A stretch of DNA of 32,167 bases from Candidatus Rokuibacteriota bacterium (GTDB lineage Bacteria > JAUVQV01 > DATDCY01). Under the pieces are notes generated by a model that saw only the letters and a program-made list of their open reading frames with translations, ran no database searches and had not been told where the DNA came from. This document shows positions 17,163-26,948 of the stretch, one piece after another. The stretch's first letter is position 1; the number at the start of each line of letters is the position of its first letter. The stretch covers positions 1 through 32,167 of the forward strand of contig JANOHV010000003.1 of the NCBI GenBank assembly GCA_031406795.1, read 5' to 3'. A program made the translations under genes and the position numbers.

Positions 17163-18220
17163 AGCTGCTGGAAACGACCTGCGCGAAGATCGCACCGCTC
17201 GACGCAACGGCACAGGCCATCGCGAAAACCCGGCTCGACCAGCTGACGATGCCGCACTGGGCGCTCGGGCGGCTGATGGACCTGGCGCTGGAGCTGGCGG
17301 GGATCACCGGCTCGGCCCGTCCCCCCGTCGCGCGCAAGACCGTCGTGGTCATGGCCGGGGATCACGGCGTCACCGCGGAGGGCGTCAGCCTCTATCCGTC
17401 CGAGGTGACGCAGCAGATGGTGTTCAACTTCGTCGCCGGCGGCGCGGGGATCAACGCGCTGGCGCGGCTGGTGGGCGCCGGGGTGCAGGTCGTCGACATG
17501 GGCGTGCGCGGCGATCTCTCCGCGCTGGCGGCCGCCGGGAAGATCAAGCGGGTCCACATCGCGGACGGCACGAAGAACATGGCGGTCGGCGCCGCGATGA
17601 CGCGCGAGGAGGCGGTGCGCGCCGTCGAGGCCGGCATCGAGATCGCGCTCGCGCTGGGGGCGACGACGGACGTCTTCGGCACCGGGGACATGGGGATCGG
17701 CAACACGACGCCCAGCAGCGCGATCGTCGCGGTGTTGACCGGCGAGCCGGTGGCCGCGGTGACCGGCAAGGGCACCGGCATCGACGATGCCCAGCTCAAG
17801 GCGAAGGTCGGCGTCATCGAGAAGGCGATCGGCGTGAACAAGCCGAACGCCGCCGACGCGCTGGACGTGCTGGCGAAGGTCGGCGGTTTCGAGATCGCCG
17901 GGATCGCCGGCGTCATCCTCGGGGTGGCATCCCTGCGCAAGCCGGTGATCATCGACGGCTTCATCTCCACCGCCGGGGCGCTGATCGCGCAGGGGCTGTG
18001 CCCCGCCTCCGCGGGCTACATGATCGCCGCGCACCGCAGCGTCGAGCGCGGGCACCAGGTGGCGCTGGCGAAGCTTGGCAAGAAGCCGCTGATGGACCTG
18101 GACCTGCGCCTCGGCGAGGGCACGGGGGCGGCGCTGGCGATGCACCTGGTCGAGGCCGCGGTCCGGATCCTGACCGAGGTCGCGACGTTCGGCGAGGCGG
18201 GCGTCTCCTCCACGGAGTGA
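17159..18220 (+). CDS. cobT: Nicotinate-nucleotide--benzimidazole phosphoribosyltransferase
   Basis: ALGRL, MAGDHGV, GGAGIN, GDMGIGNTTPS, VGGFEIAG, DGFISTA, RLGEGTGA; ATGA overlap with cobU. Confidence 0.95.
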   Translation: MKLLETTCAKIAPLDATAQAIAKTRLDQLTMPHWALGRLMDLALELAGITGSARPPVARKTVVVMAGDHGVTAEGVSLYPSEVTQQMVFNFVAGGAGINALARLVGAGVQVVDMGVRGDLSALAAAGKIKRVHIADGTKNMAVGAAMTREEAVRAVEAGIEIALALGATTDVFGTGDMGIGNTTPSSAIVAVLTGEPVAAVTGKGTGIDDAQLKAKVGVIEKAIGVNKPNAADALDVLAKVGGFEIAGIAGVILGVASLRKPVIIDGFISTAGALIAQGLCPASAGYMIAAHRSVERGHQVALAKLGKKPLMDLDLRLGEGTGAALAMHLVEAAVRILTEVATFGEAGVSSTE

Positions 18221-18254
18221 GTCGCTGCGGCGTGAGCGGAGGGCGGGAAGGGCG

Positions 18255-19016
18255 ATGACATTTTTCGGGCCGTTGTTCGCGGGGCTGGCGTTTCTGACGA
18301 TCCTGCCGGTCCCCCACCGCTGGTGCGGGGGGAGCCGGGAACTGGAGCGCAGCATCGTCTGGTTCCCGCCGATTGGCCTGCTGATCGGCCTGCTGATTGC
18401 CATCTTCGATGCGGGGGCCAGCGCGCTGCTGCCGACGCTGCCGGCGAGCGTGCTGACCGTGATCGCAATGGTGGCGATCTCCGGGGCGCTGCACCTGGAC
18501 GGGCTCGCGGACACCGCCGACGGCTTTCTGAGCTCCCGCCCCCGCGAGAGGATCCTCGAGATCATGAAGGACAGCCGGGTCGGCCCGATGGGCGTGCTGG
18601 CGATCGTCGGCATGCTGCTGCTGAAGGTCGCGGCGGTGGCGTCGCTGCCTCCCACGCTGCGGTTCGGCACGCTGCTGCTGCTGCCTTTGGCGGGGAGGAT
18701 GGCGCCGGTGTTGCTGATGTCGACGCTTCAGTATGTGCGCGAGAAGGGCCTCGGGACGGCGTTTCAACGAAAGCACACCGTCTTCCCGCCGCTGTTCGCC
18801 GTGACGTCCCTGGCCGCGGCGGGATTCCTCGCGGCGGGCGCCGCGGGGCTGGCCGGCGCGGCGGCCGCGGTCGGCGTGACCGCGTTGTTCGCGCTCTGGT
18901 GCCGCGCCAAGATCCGCGGCTACACCGGTGATACGCTGGGCGCCGCCTGCGAGCTGGCCGAGGTTGTGCCGGCCCTCGTCGTGCTGATGGCTGTCCAGCG
19001 TGGGGGTGTCGCGTGA
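18255..19016 (+). CDS. cobS: Adenosylcobinamide-GDP ribazoletransferase (cobalamin synthase)
   Basis: [42 protein letters not shown]; hydrophobic. Confidence 0.95.
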   Translation: MTFFGPLFAGLAFLTILPVPHRWCGGSRELERSIVWFPPIGLLIGLLIAIFDAGASALLPTLPASVLTVIAMVAISGALHLDGLADTADGFLSSRPRERILEIMKDSRVGPMGVLAIVGMLLLKVAAVASLPPTLRFGTLLLLPLAGRMAPVLLMSTLQYVREKGLGTAFQRKHTVFPPLFAVTSLAAAGFLAAGAAGLAGAAAAVGVTALFALWCRAKIRGYTGDTLGAACELAEVVPALVVLMAVQRGGVA

Positions 19017-21583
19017 AGCAGATCCATGGCGGGAACCTGCGGCGTCTCGCGGCGCAGGCCGGGATCGCCCCGGAGCAGATCCTCGACTTTTCGGCGAGCA
19101 TCAACCCGCTCGGTCCGCCGGACTGGTTCGCGGAGGTGGCGGCCGCAGCGCTGCTGCAGAGCGTCCATTACCCCGACCCCGAGTGCGCGGAGCTGATCCA
19201 GGCGATCGTCGCGCGCAAGGGCTGCCGCGAGCCCGAGACGGTGGCGGGCAACGGCTCCTCGGAGCTGCTCTTCCTGCTGCCGCGCGCGGTGCGGGCGCGC
19301 CGCGCCGTGATCCCGGTGCCCGCGTACCTGGACTACGAGGCGGCGGCCGCGGCGGCAGAGCTGCCGGTGCTCAAGATCGCGATGGCCGAGGCGACCGGCT
19401 TCGCCTCCCGGCCGGAACTGATCGCGCCGCACCTGCGGCCCGGCGATCTGGTGTTTCTCGGCCACCCGGCGAATCCCTCCGGTGCGCTGTGCGAGCCGGC
19501 GGAGATCCGTGCGCTGGCTGCGGCGCACCCGCTGATGACGTTCGTGGTCGACGAGGCGTTCCTGGACTTCGTCGAAGGAGTGCCGAGCCTCGCGGCCGAG
19601 CGGCCCGCGAACGTGGTGGTCATGATGTCCTTCACGAAGATGTTCGCGATCCCGGGGCTGCGGCTCGGCGCCGCGGCGGCGGACGAAGCGGTCGCGGAGC
19701 GGCTGCGGACCCTGCAGGCGCGCTGGTCCGTCAACGCGATCGCGCAGGCAGTGGGGGTGCGCGCGCTGGCGGACGAGGCGTTCGTGCGCGAGACGCAGCG
19801 CTGGCTCGGCCCGGCGCGCGCGGGCTTGCGGCGCGAGCTGGAGGAGATTCCGGGTTTCAAGGTCTTTCCCGGACGGGCGAACTACCTGCTGGTGAAGATC
19901 GAGGACGACGCCACCGGTGCCGCGGCGCTGGCAGGCAAGGTGCTGCAATCGGGCATTGCGATCCGCTCCTGCGCGAATTACGACGGCCTCGATGATCGCT
20001 TCTTCAGAGTCGCGGTCCGGTCCGATGACGAGAACTGCCGTCTCGTGGCGGCGCTGCGCGACGCGCGCGGCGTGGCCCGGCCGCCCCGGCGCGTGAAGCG
20101 CGCCCGCTCGCTGATGTTCCAGGGGACCTGTTCGAACGCCGGCAAGAGCGTGCTGACCGCGGCGATCTGCCGGATCCTCTTCCAGGAGGGGGTCGCCGTC
20201 GCGCCGTTCAAGTCGCAGAACATGGCGCTGAACTCCTTCGTTACCGCCGATGGCCGCGAGATGGGCCGGGCGCAGGTGGTGCAGGCGCAGGCCTGCCGGC
20301 TCGAGCCCGACGTGCGGATGAACCCGGTGCTGCTCAAGCCCTCGAGCGACACCGGATCGCAGGTGATCGTCAACGGCCGGCCCGTGGGCAACATGCAGGT
20401 TGCCGAGTACGTGCGCTACAAGCCGCAGGCCTTCGCCGCCGCCAAGGCCGCCTACGACTCGCTCGCCGCCGAGTTCGACGTCGTGGTGCTCGAGGGCGCG
20501 GGGAGCCCCGCCGAGGTCAACCTGAAGAGTCACGACATCGTGAACATGCACATGGCGCGCTATGCCCAGTCCCCGGTGCTGCTGGTCGGCGACATCGACC
20601 GCGGCGGGGTCTTCGCGTCGTTCGTCGGCACGATGGAGTGCCTGACCACCTGGGAGCGCAATCTGCTGGCGGGCTTCGTCGTGAACAAGTTCCGCGGGGA
20701 TGCGCGGCTGCTCGAAGACGCCCTGACGTACACGCTGCGCCGCACCGGCAAACCGGTGGTCGGCGTCGTGCCGTACCTCAAGGCGCTCGGGCTGCCGGAG
20801 GAGGACTCGCTCGGGTTCCGCAACGGTTCGTATCACGACCTGCGGGCCGCCGACGGCTGCGTGCGGATTGCCGTCGTTGATTTGCCGCACATCTCGAACT
20901 TCACCGATCTGGATCCGTTCAAGCTCGAGCCGGACGTGCGGCTGCAGGTCGCGCGCGCGCCGGCGGATCTCGACGGCGCGGATGCCGTGATCATCCCGGG
21001 GAGCAAGAACGTGATGGCCGATCTGCCGGCGCTCGTAGCCCGCGGCCTCGGGGAGCGGATCGTCGCGCTGGCCGGGGCGGGCGTGCCCGTGGTCGGCATC
21101 TGCGGCGGCTTCCAGATCCTCGGCCGCGAAGTGCGCGACCCGCACGGCCTGGAGGGGGCGCTCGGCGGCGTGGCGCGCGGGCTCGGGCTGCTGCCGGTGA
21201 CGAACGTGCTCGAGCGCGAGAAGACGCTGACGCGCGCGGTGGCGCTGCACGCCGAGTCGGGTCTGACGGTGCGCGGCTACGAAATCCACCACGGGCAACT
21301 CGAAGGCGAGGGGTGGGAGCCGGGGATCGTGCGCGCCGACGGCGAGACCGTCGGCGTGTCGGCGCGCGGCGGCGCGGTCTGGGGCACGTACTTGCACGGC
21401 ATCTTCGACGACGACGCGTTCCGCCGCTGGTTCATCGACCGGCTGCGGGAGCGCCGGGGCCTGGCGCCGCTGGGCAAGCCGGTCGCGGTCTACGACCTTG
21501 AGCAGGCCTTCGAGCGCCTCGCGGCGACGGTGCGCGCGAGCATCGATCTCAAGGCCGTGCTGCGCCTGGTGGGTCTGGCGTGA
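19013..21583 (+). CDS. cobD-cbiP: Fusion of threonine-phosphate decarboxylase (CobD) and cobyric acid synthase (CbiP/CobQ)
   Basis: N half: [37 protein letters not shown] half: [45 protein letters not shown]. One uninterrupted 856-aa ORF. Confidence 0.95.
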   Translation: MKQIHGGNLRRLAAQAGIAPEQILDFSASINPLGPPDWFAEVAAAALLQSVHYPDPECAELIQAIVARKGCREPETVAGNGSSELLFLLPRAVRARRAVIPVPAYLDYEAAAAAAELPVLKIAMAEATGFASRPELIAPHLRPGDLVFLGHPANPSGALCEPAEIRALAAAHPLMTFVVDEAFLDFVEGVPSLAAERPANVVVMMSFTKMFAIPGLRLGAAAADEAVAERLRTLQARWSVNAIAQAVGVRALADEAFVRETQRWLGPARAGLRRELEEIPGFKVFPGRANYLLVKIEDDATGAAALAGKVLQSGIAIRSCANYDGLDDRFFRVAVRSDDENCRLVAALRDARGVARPPRRVKRARSLMFQGTCSNAGKSVLTAAICRILFQEGVAVAPFKSQNMALNSFVTADGREMGRAQVVQAQACRLEPDVRMNPVLLKPSSDTGSQVIVNGRPVGNMQVAEYVRYKPQAFAAAKAAYDSLAAEFDVVVLEGAGSPAEVNLKSHDIVNMHMARYAQSPVLLVGDIDRGGVFASFVGTMECLTTWERNLLAGFVVNKFRGDARLLEDALTYTLRRTGKPVVGVVPYLKALGLPEEDSLGFRNGSYHDLRAADGCVRIAVVDLPHISNFTDLDPFKLEPDVRLQVARAPADLDGADAVIIPGSKNVMADLPALVARGLGERIVALAGAGVPVVGICGGFQILGREVRDPHGLEGALGGVARGLGLLPVTNVLEREKTLTRAVALHAESGLTVRGYEIHHGQLEGEGWEPGIVRADGETVGVSARGGAVWGTYLHGIFDDDAFRRWFIDRLRERRGLAPLGKPVAVYDLEQAFERLAATVRASIDLKAVLRLVGLA

Positions 21584-22536
21584 GACTGGAGTATCAGATC
21601 ATGGCGGCGATGGCTCTCGATGCGGCGATCGGCGATCCGCGCTGGCTGCCGCATCCGATCCGGGCGCTCGGGGCGCTGGCGACGGGGCTGGAGGCGCTGA
21701 CGAGAAGACTGATCCCCTCGGCGCGGGCGGCCGGGGTGGTGACGGTGCTCGTGATGGTCGGGTCGGCGGGCGCGGCGGTCTTCCTGCTGGTGCGCGCGGC
21801 CGCGGCGATCCACCCCGCGCTCGGGGATGCCGTGTCGATCGTGCTGATCGCCTTCACGCTCGCGGCGCGGGATCTGGCCGGGCACGCGCTGGCCGTCTTC
21901 AGGGCGCTCGATCGCGGGGATCTCCCGGAGGCCCGGCAGAAAACGGCGCTGATGGTCAGCCGCGACACCGGGGCGCTGGACGAGGGGGAGACGGCCCGCG
22001 CCGCCGTGGAGAGCGTCGCGGAGAACACCGTGGACGGCGTCACGGCGCCGCTGCTGTTCGCGGTCCTGGGCGGGCCGGCTGCGGCGATGATGTACAAGGC
22101 CGTGAACACGCTGGACTCGATGTTCGGCTACCGGACCGAGCGCTATCTGAAGTTCGGTTGGGCCTCGGCGCGGCTGGACGACCTCGTCAACTACCTCCCG
22201 GCGAGAATCACCGCGGCGCTGGTCCCCGTCGCGGCACTGCTGGTGGGTGGGCGGCCGCTGCAGGCGTGGCGCTGCCTCGCGCGGGACGGCAGGAAGCATC
22301 CGAGCCCGAACTCCGGCCTCACGGAGGCGGCGATGGCGGGCGCTCTCGGCGTGCGGCTCGGCGGCGTCAGCTCCTATTTCGGCAAGCCGTCGACCAAGCC
22401 CTTTCTCGGCGACGCCCTGGAGCCGCTGGGCGGCAGGCACATCCGCCGAACGGTCGCACTGATGACGGTGACGTACCTGCTGGCGGCGCTGCTCTTTCTG
22501 GGCGCCCGGGCATTGCTCTGGCATCGGTTCTCATAG
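21580..22536 (+). CDS. cbiB: Adenosylcobinamide-phosphate synthase
   Basis: [47 protein letters not shown]. Confidence 0.95.
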   Translation: MRLEYQIMAAMALDAAIGDPRWLPHPIRALGALATGLEALTRRLIPSARAAGVVTVLVMVGSAGAAVFLLVRAAAAIHPALGDAVSIVLIAFTLAARDLAGHALAVFRALDRGDLPEARQKTALMVSRDTGALDEGETARAAVESVAENTVDGVTAPLLFAVLGGPAAAMMYKAVNTLDSMFGYRTERYLKFGWASARLDDLVNYLPARITAALVPVAALLVGGRPLQAWRCLARDGRKHPSPNSGLTEAAMAGALGVRLGGVSSYFGKPSTKPFLGDALEPLGGRHIRRTVALMTVTYLLAALLFLGARALLWHRFS

Positions 22537-22544
22537 GACAGGAG

Positions 22545-22661
22545 GGGCGAAGAGGTGGCGCGGAGGGGAGGTCTCCATCGGCGGAACGAAGTGAGTGCCC
22601 GCTCGGGGGGCATAAACACGATGGAGGTCCGCAGCGACAGGACCCCGGAGCCTGCACGGGA
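22545..22661. repeat. Structured intergenic repeat, copy 1
   Basis: GGGCGAAGAGGTGGCGCGGAGGGGAGGTCTCCATCGGCGG...GAGTGCCCGCTCGGGGGGCATAAACACGATGGAGGTCCGCAGCGAC..AGGACCCC..CACGGGA, closely matching 24612..24752. Confidence 0.9.
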
Positions 22662-22666
22662 GGAAC

Positions 22667-23203
22667 ATGACCACCATGACTGACAAGGCGCGGATCCTGA
22701 TCTTCACCGGCGACGGCAAGGGCAAAACCACCGCGGCGCTGGGACTGGCGCTGCGGGCCACCGGCCACGGCCTGCGGGTGCTCGTGCTGCAGTTCGTCAA
22801 GGGCGGGCAGCAGACCGGCGAACTCGTCGCGGCGCGGCAGATCCCCGGGTTCGCGATCGAACAGCGGGGGTGCGGCTTCGTGCCCGCCGAGAAGAGCGCG
22901 GAGTTCGCCATTCACCGGCAGGCGGCGGAGAGCGTGCTGCGTGAGGCCGATGCGGCGTTGCTGTCCGGATCCTACGACGTCGTGGTGCTCGACGAACTCT
23001 GCCTCGCGGTCGCGAAGAATCTGGTGCCCGAGCAGGCGGCGCTGGATGTCGTGGGCCATGCGCGGCCCGGGTCGGTTCTGGTGCTCACGGGACGCGGCGC
23101 CACGCCGGGCTTGATCGCCGCCGCCGACACGGTGACCGAGATGTGCCTCAGAAAGCACGGCCTGAAGGCGGGCATCAAGGCCCAACGCGGCGTGGAGTAT
23201 TGA
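22667..23203 (+). CDS. cobO: Cob(I)alamin adenosyltransferase (CobO/BtuR/CobA type)
   Basis: FTGDGKGKTTAALG, QFVKG, VVLDE, VLTGR, ADTVTEM..KH, RGVEY. Confidence 0.95.
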   Translation: MTTMTDKARILIFTGDGKGKTTAALGLALRATGHGLRVLVLQFVKGGQQTGELVAARQIPGFAIEQRGCGFVPAEKSAEFAIHRQAAESVLREADAALLSGSYDVVVLDELCLAVAKNLVPEQAALDVVGHARPGSVLVLTGRGATPGLIAAADTVTEMCLRKHGLKAGIKAQRGVEY

Positions 23204-23204
23204 G

Positions 23205-24596
23205 ATGCAGTGCCCGAGAGTGCTGATCGCGGGGACCGGCAGCGGCGTGGGCAAGACCACGGTCACCGTGGCCCTGCTGCGCGCGCTGGCCAGGCGCGGT
23301 CTGTCCGTGAGCGCCTTCAAGGTCGGACCGGACTTTCTCGACCCGACCTATCTCGCCATCGCCTCGGGGCGTCCCTGCCACAACCTCGACGGCTGGATGA
23401 TGGGTACGGCCTATGCGGCGGAACTCTTCGAGCGCGCGAGCCGTGGCGCGGACATCAGTGTCGTCGAGGGGGTGATGGGTCTCTTCGACGGCGCGTCGCC
23501 CGCGCACCTCGAGGGCAGCTCCGGCGAGATCGCGAAGCTGCTGGCGGCGCCGGTCATTCTGGTCGCCGGCGCCCACGGCATGTCGCGCAGCTTCGCGGCG
23601 CTGGTGCGCGGGTTTGTCGGCTTCGAGCACGGGGTCGATGTCGCGGCCGTCATCGCGAACCACGCGGGGTCGGCGCGGCACGCGGCCGGCCTCGAGGAGT
23701 CCCTGCGCGCGGCCGGGCTCCCCCCGCTCTTCGGCGCGATCCCCCGCGGTGCGCTTGCGACGCTGCCGAGCCGCCATCTCGGCCTCGTGACGGCCGATCG
23801 CGGGCTGCTCGGGGAAGATCTGCTGGACGCGCTCGCGGACGCGCTGGAGCGGCACGTCGACCTGGATGCGGTGCTCGCGCTTGCCCGCGTCGCCGCGCCG
23901 CTGCCGGACGCGGAGCGACCCGCCGCGCCGGAGCCTTCGGTCCCGCGGCTCCGGCTCGGGGTGGCCTTCGACGAGGCATTTCACTTCTACTACACCGACG
24001 CTTTCGCGTCCCTCGAGCAGGCCGGCTTCGAGCTGGTGCGCTTCTCCCCGCTGCGGGCGGGCGGCCTGCCGGAGGGCCTGCACGGCCTTTATCTCGGGGG
24101 GGGCTACCCTGAGGCCTTCGCCGAGACGCTCTGCGCCAACGAGACGATGCGCCGGTCGGTCGCGGCGTTCGCTGCGAGCGGCCGCCCGGTCTACGCGGAG
24201 TGCGGCGGGCTGATGTACCTGTCGCAGTGGATTGCGGTGGCGGGCGGCGAGCGCCGGGCGATGTGCGGCGTGCTGCCCTGCGGAACCCGGATGCTCGAGC
24301 GGCGCAGGGCGCTCGGGTATGTCGCGGCGGAGCTGACCGAGGATTCGCTCTGGGGTGCGGCCGGAAGTGTCGTCCGGGGACACGAGTTCCACTATTCCGA
24401 ACTGGTCGGGGACCCCGCGGGCGAGCCGGGGTGGCGCTGCGTCTACCGCCTCAGGCGCAACCGGGACGGCGAAGAGCGGCGCGAGGGCTTCACGAACGGG
24501 ACGGTTCTGGCAAGCTACGCGCATCTGCATTTCGCCTCCCGTCCCGCGATGGCCGAGCGGCTCTATCGCTGCTGCGCGGAGGGTGGAAGTCGTTGA
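23205..24596 (+). CDS. cbiA: Cobyrinate a,c-diamide synthase
   Basis: IAGTGSGVGKTT, FKVGPDFLDP, VEGVMGLFDG, PSRHLGL, GGGYPE, ECGGLMYL, GHEFHYS, YAHLH. Confidence 0.95.
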   Translation: MQCPRVLIAGTGSGVGKTTVTVALLRALARRGLSVSAFKVGPDFLDPTYLAIASGRPCHNLDGWMMGTAYAAELFERASRGADISVVEGVMGLFDGASPAHLEGSSGEIAKLLAAPVILVAGAHGMSRSFAALVRGFVGFEHGVDVAAVIANHAGSARHAAGLEESLRAAGLPPLFGAIPRGALATLPSRHLGLVTADRGLLGEDLLDALADALERHVDLDAVLALARVAAPLPDAERPAAPEPSVPRLRLGVAFDEAFHFYYTDAFASLEQAGFELVRFSPLRAGGLPEGLHGLYLGGGYPEAFAETLCANETMRRSVAAFAASGRPVYAECGGLMYLSQWIAVAGGERRAMCGVLPCGTRMLERRRALGYVAAELTEDSLWGAAGSVVRGHEFHYSELVGDPAGEPGWRCVYRLRRNRDGEERREGFTNGTVLASYAHLHFASRPAMAERLYRCCAEGGSR

Positions 24597-24611
24597 GCTC
24601 GAGCACCAGCT

Positions 24612-24752
24612 GGGCGGAGGGGTGGCGCGAAGGGGAGGTCTCCATCGGCGGACCGGATGGAGTGCCCGCTCGGGGGGCATAAACACGGTGGAGGTCCGCA
24701 GCGACCACCCCAGCGGCGGGGTGGCAGGCAGGACCCCGCAGCCCGCACGGGA
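24612..24752. repeat. Structured intergenic repeat, copy 2 (with an extra hairpin)
   Basis: Same element as 22545..22661 plus a ~25-nt insert containing CCACCCC-AGCGGC-GGGGTGG. Confidence 0.9.
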
Positions 24753-24816
24753 ACGAAATCAACGACGAGAGTCGAGGCCGATCCGATCGGAAACAGAACG
24801 GGAAAAAGGAGAGCTG

Positions 24817-25518
24817 ATGCACGGCAGTGCTGAAGAGGCAGGAGTTTCGATGAGGCCGCGGATCCACATGGTCATTGAGGGGCGCCAGGCGCCCGAGGCG
24901 ATCGAGGCCGCGTCGTTCGCCGCCATCGACGCCGAAGTGCCGCATCAGGGCTTCACGCCGGGGCAGTGGCGCGTGGTGCAGCGCATGATCCACGCGTCGG
25001 CGGACATCGCGCTGGCCGGGAGCGTGCGTTTCTCGGCGGGTGCGGTGGAGGCCGGGATCGCGGCACTGCGCGCGGGCCGGCCGCTGTACGTCGACTCGAA
25101 CATGATCCGGGCGGGGCTCTCGAGCGAGCGGCTGCGCCGGGCGCACCCGCAGTACGGCCCGGAGCGCGTGTTCTGCCACATCGCGGACGACGATGTGGCC
25201 CGGGAGGCGCGCGCGGCCGGCCTGCCGCGGTCGCTTTTCGCGGTCAGAAAGGCCCGGCCGATGCTCGACGGCGGCATTGCGGTGTTCGGTAACGCGCCGG
25301 TCGCGCTGCTGGAGCTCAATCGGATGATCGTCGAAGAGGGGGTGCGGCCGGCGTTCGTCGTGGCGCTGCCGGTCGGCTTCGTGCACGTGGTCGAAAGCAA
25401 GGAGGAGCTGATGGGACTCGGTGTTCCGTACGTCGCGGTGGCCGGCAGAAAGGGAGGCAGCCCGCTGGCGGTTGCCGCCGTCCACGCGCTCTGTTCGCTG
25501 GCGGAGGAGGCGCGATGA
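24817..25518 (+). CDS. cbiC: Cobalt-precorrin-8 methylmutase
   Basis: IEAASFAAI, RMIHASAD, GNAPVAL, PVGFVHVVESKE, GRKGGSPLAVAA. Start 24817 (AAGGAG) or 24850 (AGGAG). Confidence 0.9.
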   Translation: MHGSAEEAGVSMRPRIHMVIEGRQAPEAIEAASFAAIDAEVPHQGFTPGQWRVVQRMIHASADIALAGSVRFSAGAVEAGIAALRAGRPLYVDSNMIRAGLSSERLRRAHPQYGPERVFCHIADDDVAREARAAGLPRSLFAVRKARPMLDGGIAVFGNAPVALLELNRMIVEEGVRPAFVVALPVGFVHVVESKEELMGLGVPYVAVAGRKGGSPLAVAAVHALCSLAEEAR

Positions 25519-26048
25519 GCGCGAAGACGAAACCGGCGGGCGACGCGCTCCCCTCGGTGATCCTGCTCGGTCACGGGAGCCGGGTCGAGAAGGCCGGCGG
25601 CGACATGGAGCGGGTGGCCGCGATCCTGAAGCAGCGGCACGGCTTCCCGCTGGTCGAGTACTGTTTCATGTCGCGGCTGCCGCCGCACTTCCCCGAGACG
25701 CTCGCCGCGCTCGTGGGGCGCGGCGCGACCCGGGTGCTGGTGATCCCGTATTTCCTGCACACGGGGTTGCACATCCGTCTGGACATCCCGGAGATGATGA
25801 AGGAGGAGGCGGCGAAGTACCCGGGGTTGCGGCTGCAGCTCGGGGGGAACCTCGGGTACGACGACATCCTGGTGGAGCTGGTCCGCAAGAGAATCGACGA
25901 ATCGCTCGGTGTCGCCGATGTGCGGGAAGTCGCGCTGCCGGGGAGGGAAAACTTCCCGATCCCGGCGGGGCAGCAGGAGTTCGTGCCGATGGACCCCGCC
26001 GAGGCGAAGAAGTACCGCGCGGGCAAGCACCACGGGCACCACCACTGA
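25515..26048 (+). CDS. cbiX: Sirohydrochlorin cobaltochelatase, single CbiX domain with C-terminal extension and His tail
   Basis: ILLGHGSR, VIPYFLHTGLHIRLDIP; ends KHHGHHH. Confidence 0.85.
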   Translation: MSAKTKPAGDALPSVILLGHGSRVEKAGGDMERVAAILKQRHGFPLVEYCFMSRLPPHFPETLAALVGRGATRVLVIPYFLHTGLHIRLDIPEMMKEEAAKYPGLRLQLGGNLGYDDILVELVRKRIDESLGVADVREVALPGRENFPIPAGQQEFVPMDPAEAKKYRAGKHHGHHH

Positions 26049-26073
26049 CAGAATGACGAGCCATGTGTTTTTC

Positions 26074-26168
26074 GTCGGATTGCCGCGCCTTCGGCTCGCA
26101 ATGACATGAGCGAGCGACGAACCGTGGTCATTGCGAGGAGCGGCGTAGCCGCGACTCGGCAATCCGAC
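26074..26168. repeat. Palindromic element of GTCATTGCGAG...GCAATC type
   Basis: GTCGGATTGCC (26074-84) pairs with GGCAATCCGAC (26158-68); CTCGCAATGAC (26095-105) pairs with GTCATTGCGAG (26127-137). Both are perfect 11-bp inverted pairs. Confidence 0.85.
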
Positions 26169-26948
26169 TGGTCCGCGCCGTGGCTGACAGACCGCCATGG
26201 CCCACGGCCCCTGGTCTTTCGGCGGGCGGGATCGGTCGTCGCGGCTCTCGCGCTGCTTCTCGGCTCCGTCTCCCCCGCCCATGCCATGCACATCTCCGAG
26301 GGGATCCTGCCGCCGCTCTGGGCGGGCCTCTGGTTCGCGGTCGCGGCGCCCTTCGTCTGGCTGGGACTGCGCGAGGTGCGCCGCCGCAGCGGGACCTCGC
26401 CGCACTTCAAGGTGCTGACCGGCCTCGTCGGCGCCGCGGTGTTCGTGATCTCCTGCATGCCGATACCGGTGCCGTTCACCGGGACGACCTCGCACCCCTG
26501 CGGCACCGGTCTCGCCGCGGTGATCGTGGGGCCGGCGGTAACCACCGTCATCGCCGCGATCGCGCTGCTGCTCCAGGCGCTTTTTCTCGCGCACGGGGGG
26601 CTGACGACGCTTGGCGCGAACATCGTCTCGATGGGGGTGGTCGGGGCCTATGCCGGCTGGCTGGTCTTCGCCGGGCTGCGCCGGGCCGGGTTCGGCATGG
26701 TCGTCGCCGCCGGCGCGGCCGGCCTGGTTTCGGATTGGGCGACCTATGCCGCGACTTCGGGGGAATTGGCCGCGGCCCTTCACGGCGGCGCCACGATCGC
26801 GGCGACGTTCTCGGCCATCGCGCTGGCCTTCCTGCCGACCCAGGTGCCGCTCGGCGTTCTCGAGGCCGTCGTGTCGGGGGCGGCGATGAAGTTCCTGCTG
26901 GCGCGCCGTCCCGAGTTCGTCGGGGAACCCCCGGCGGGGCCGATCTGA
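26106..26948 (+). CDS. cbiM: ECF cobalt transporter substrate-binding component CbiM (start uncertain)
   Basis: Signal-like VVAALALLLGSVSPAHA, then mature MHISEG (26286); TSHPCGTG, LFLAHGGLTTLGAN, PTQVPLG. Confidence 0.9.
   Translation: MSERRTVVIARSGVAATRQSDWSAPWLTDRHGPRPLVFRRAGSVVAALALLLGSVSPAHAMHISEGILPPLWAGLWFAVAAPFVWLGLREVRRRSGTSPHFKVLTGLVGAAVFVISCMPIPVPFTGTTSHPCGTGLAAVIVGPAVTTVIAAIALLLQALFLAHGGLTTLGANIVSMGVVGAYAGWLVFAGLRRAGFGMVVAAGAAGLVSDWATYAATSGELAAALHGGATIAATFSAIALAFLPTQVPLGVLEAVVSGAAMKFLLARRPEFVGEPPAGPI

Noticed and set aside
24355..24816. N-terminal extension of cbiC, and the similar extension of cobU from 16518
   Set aside because: They run through the end of cbiA or intergenic repeats; family-like sequence begins near 24817-24850 and at 16611.
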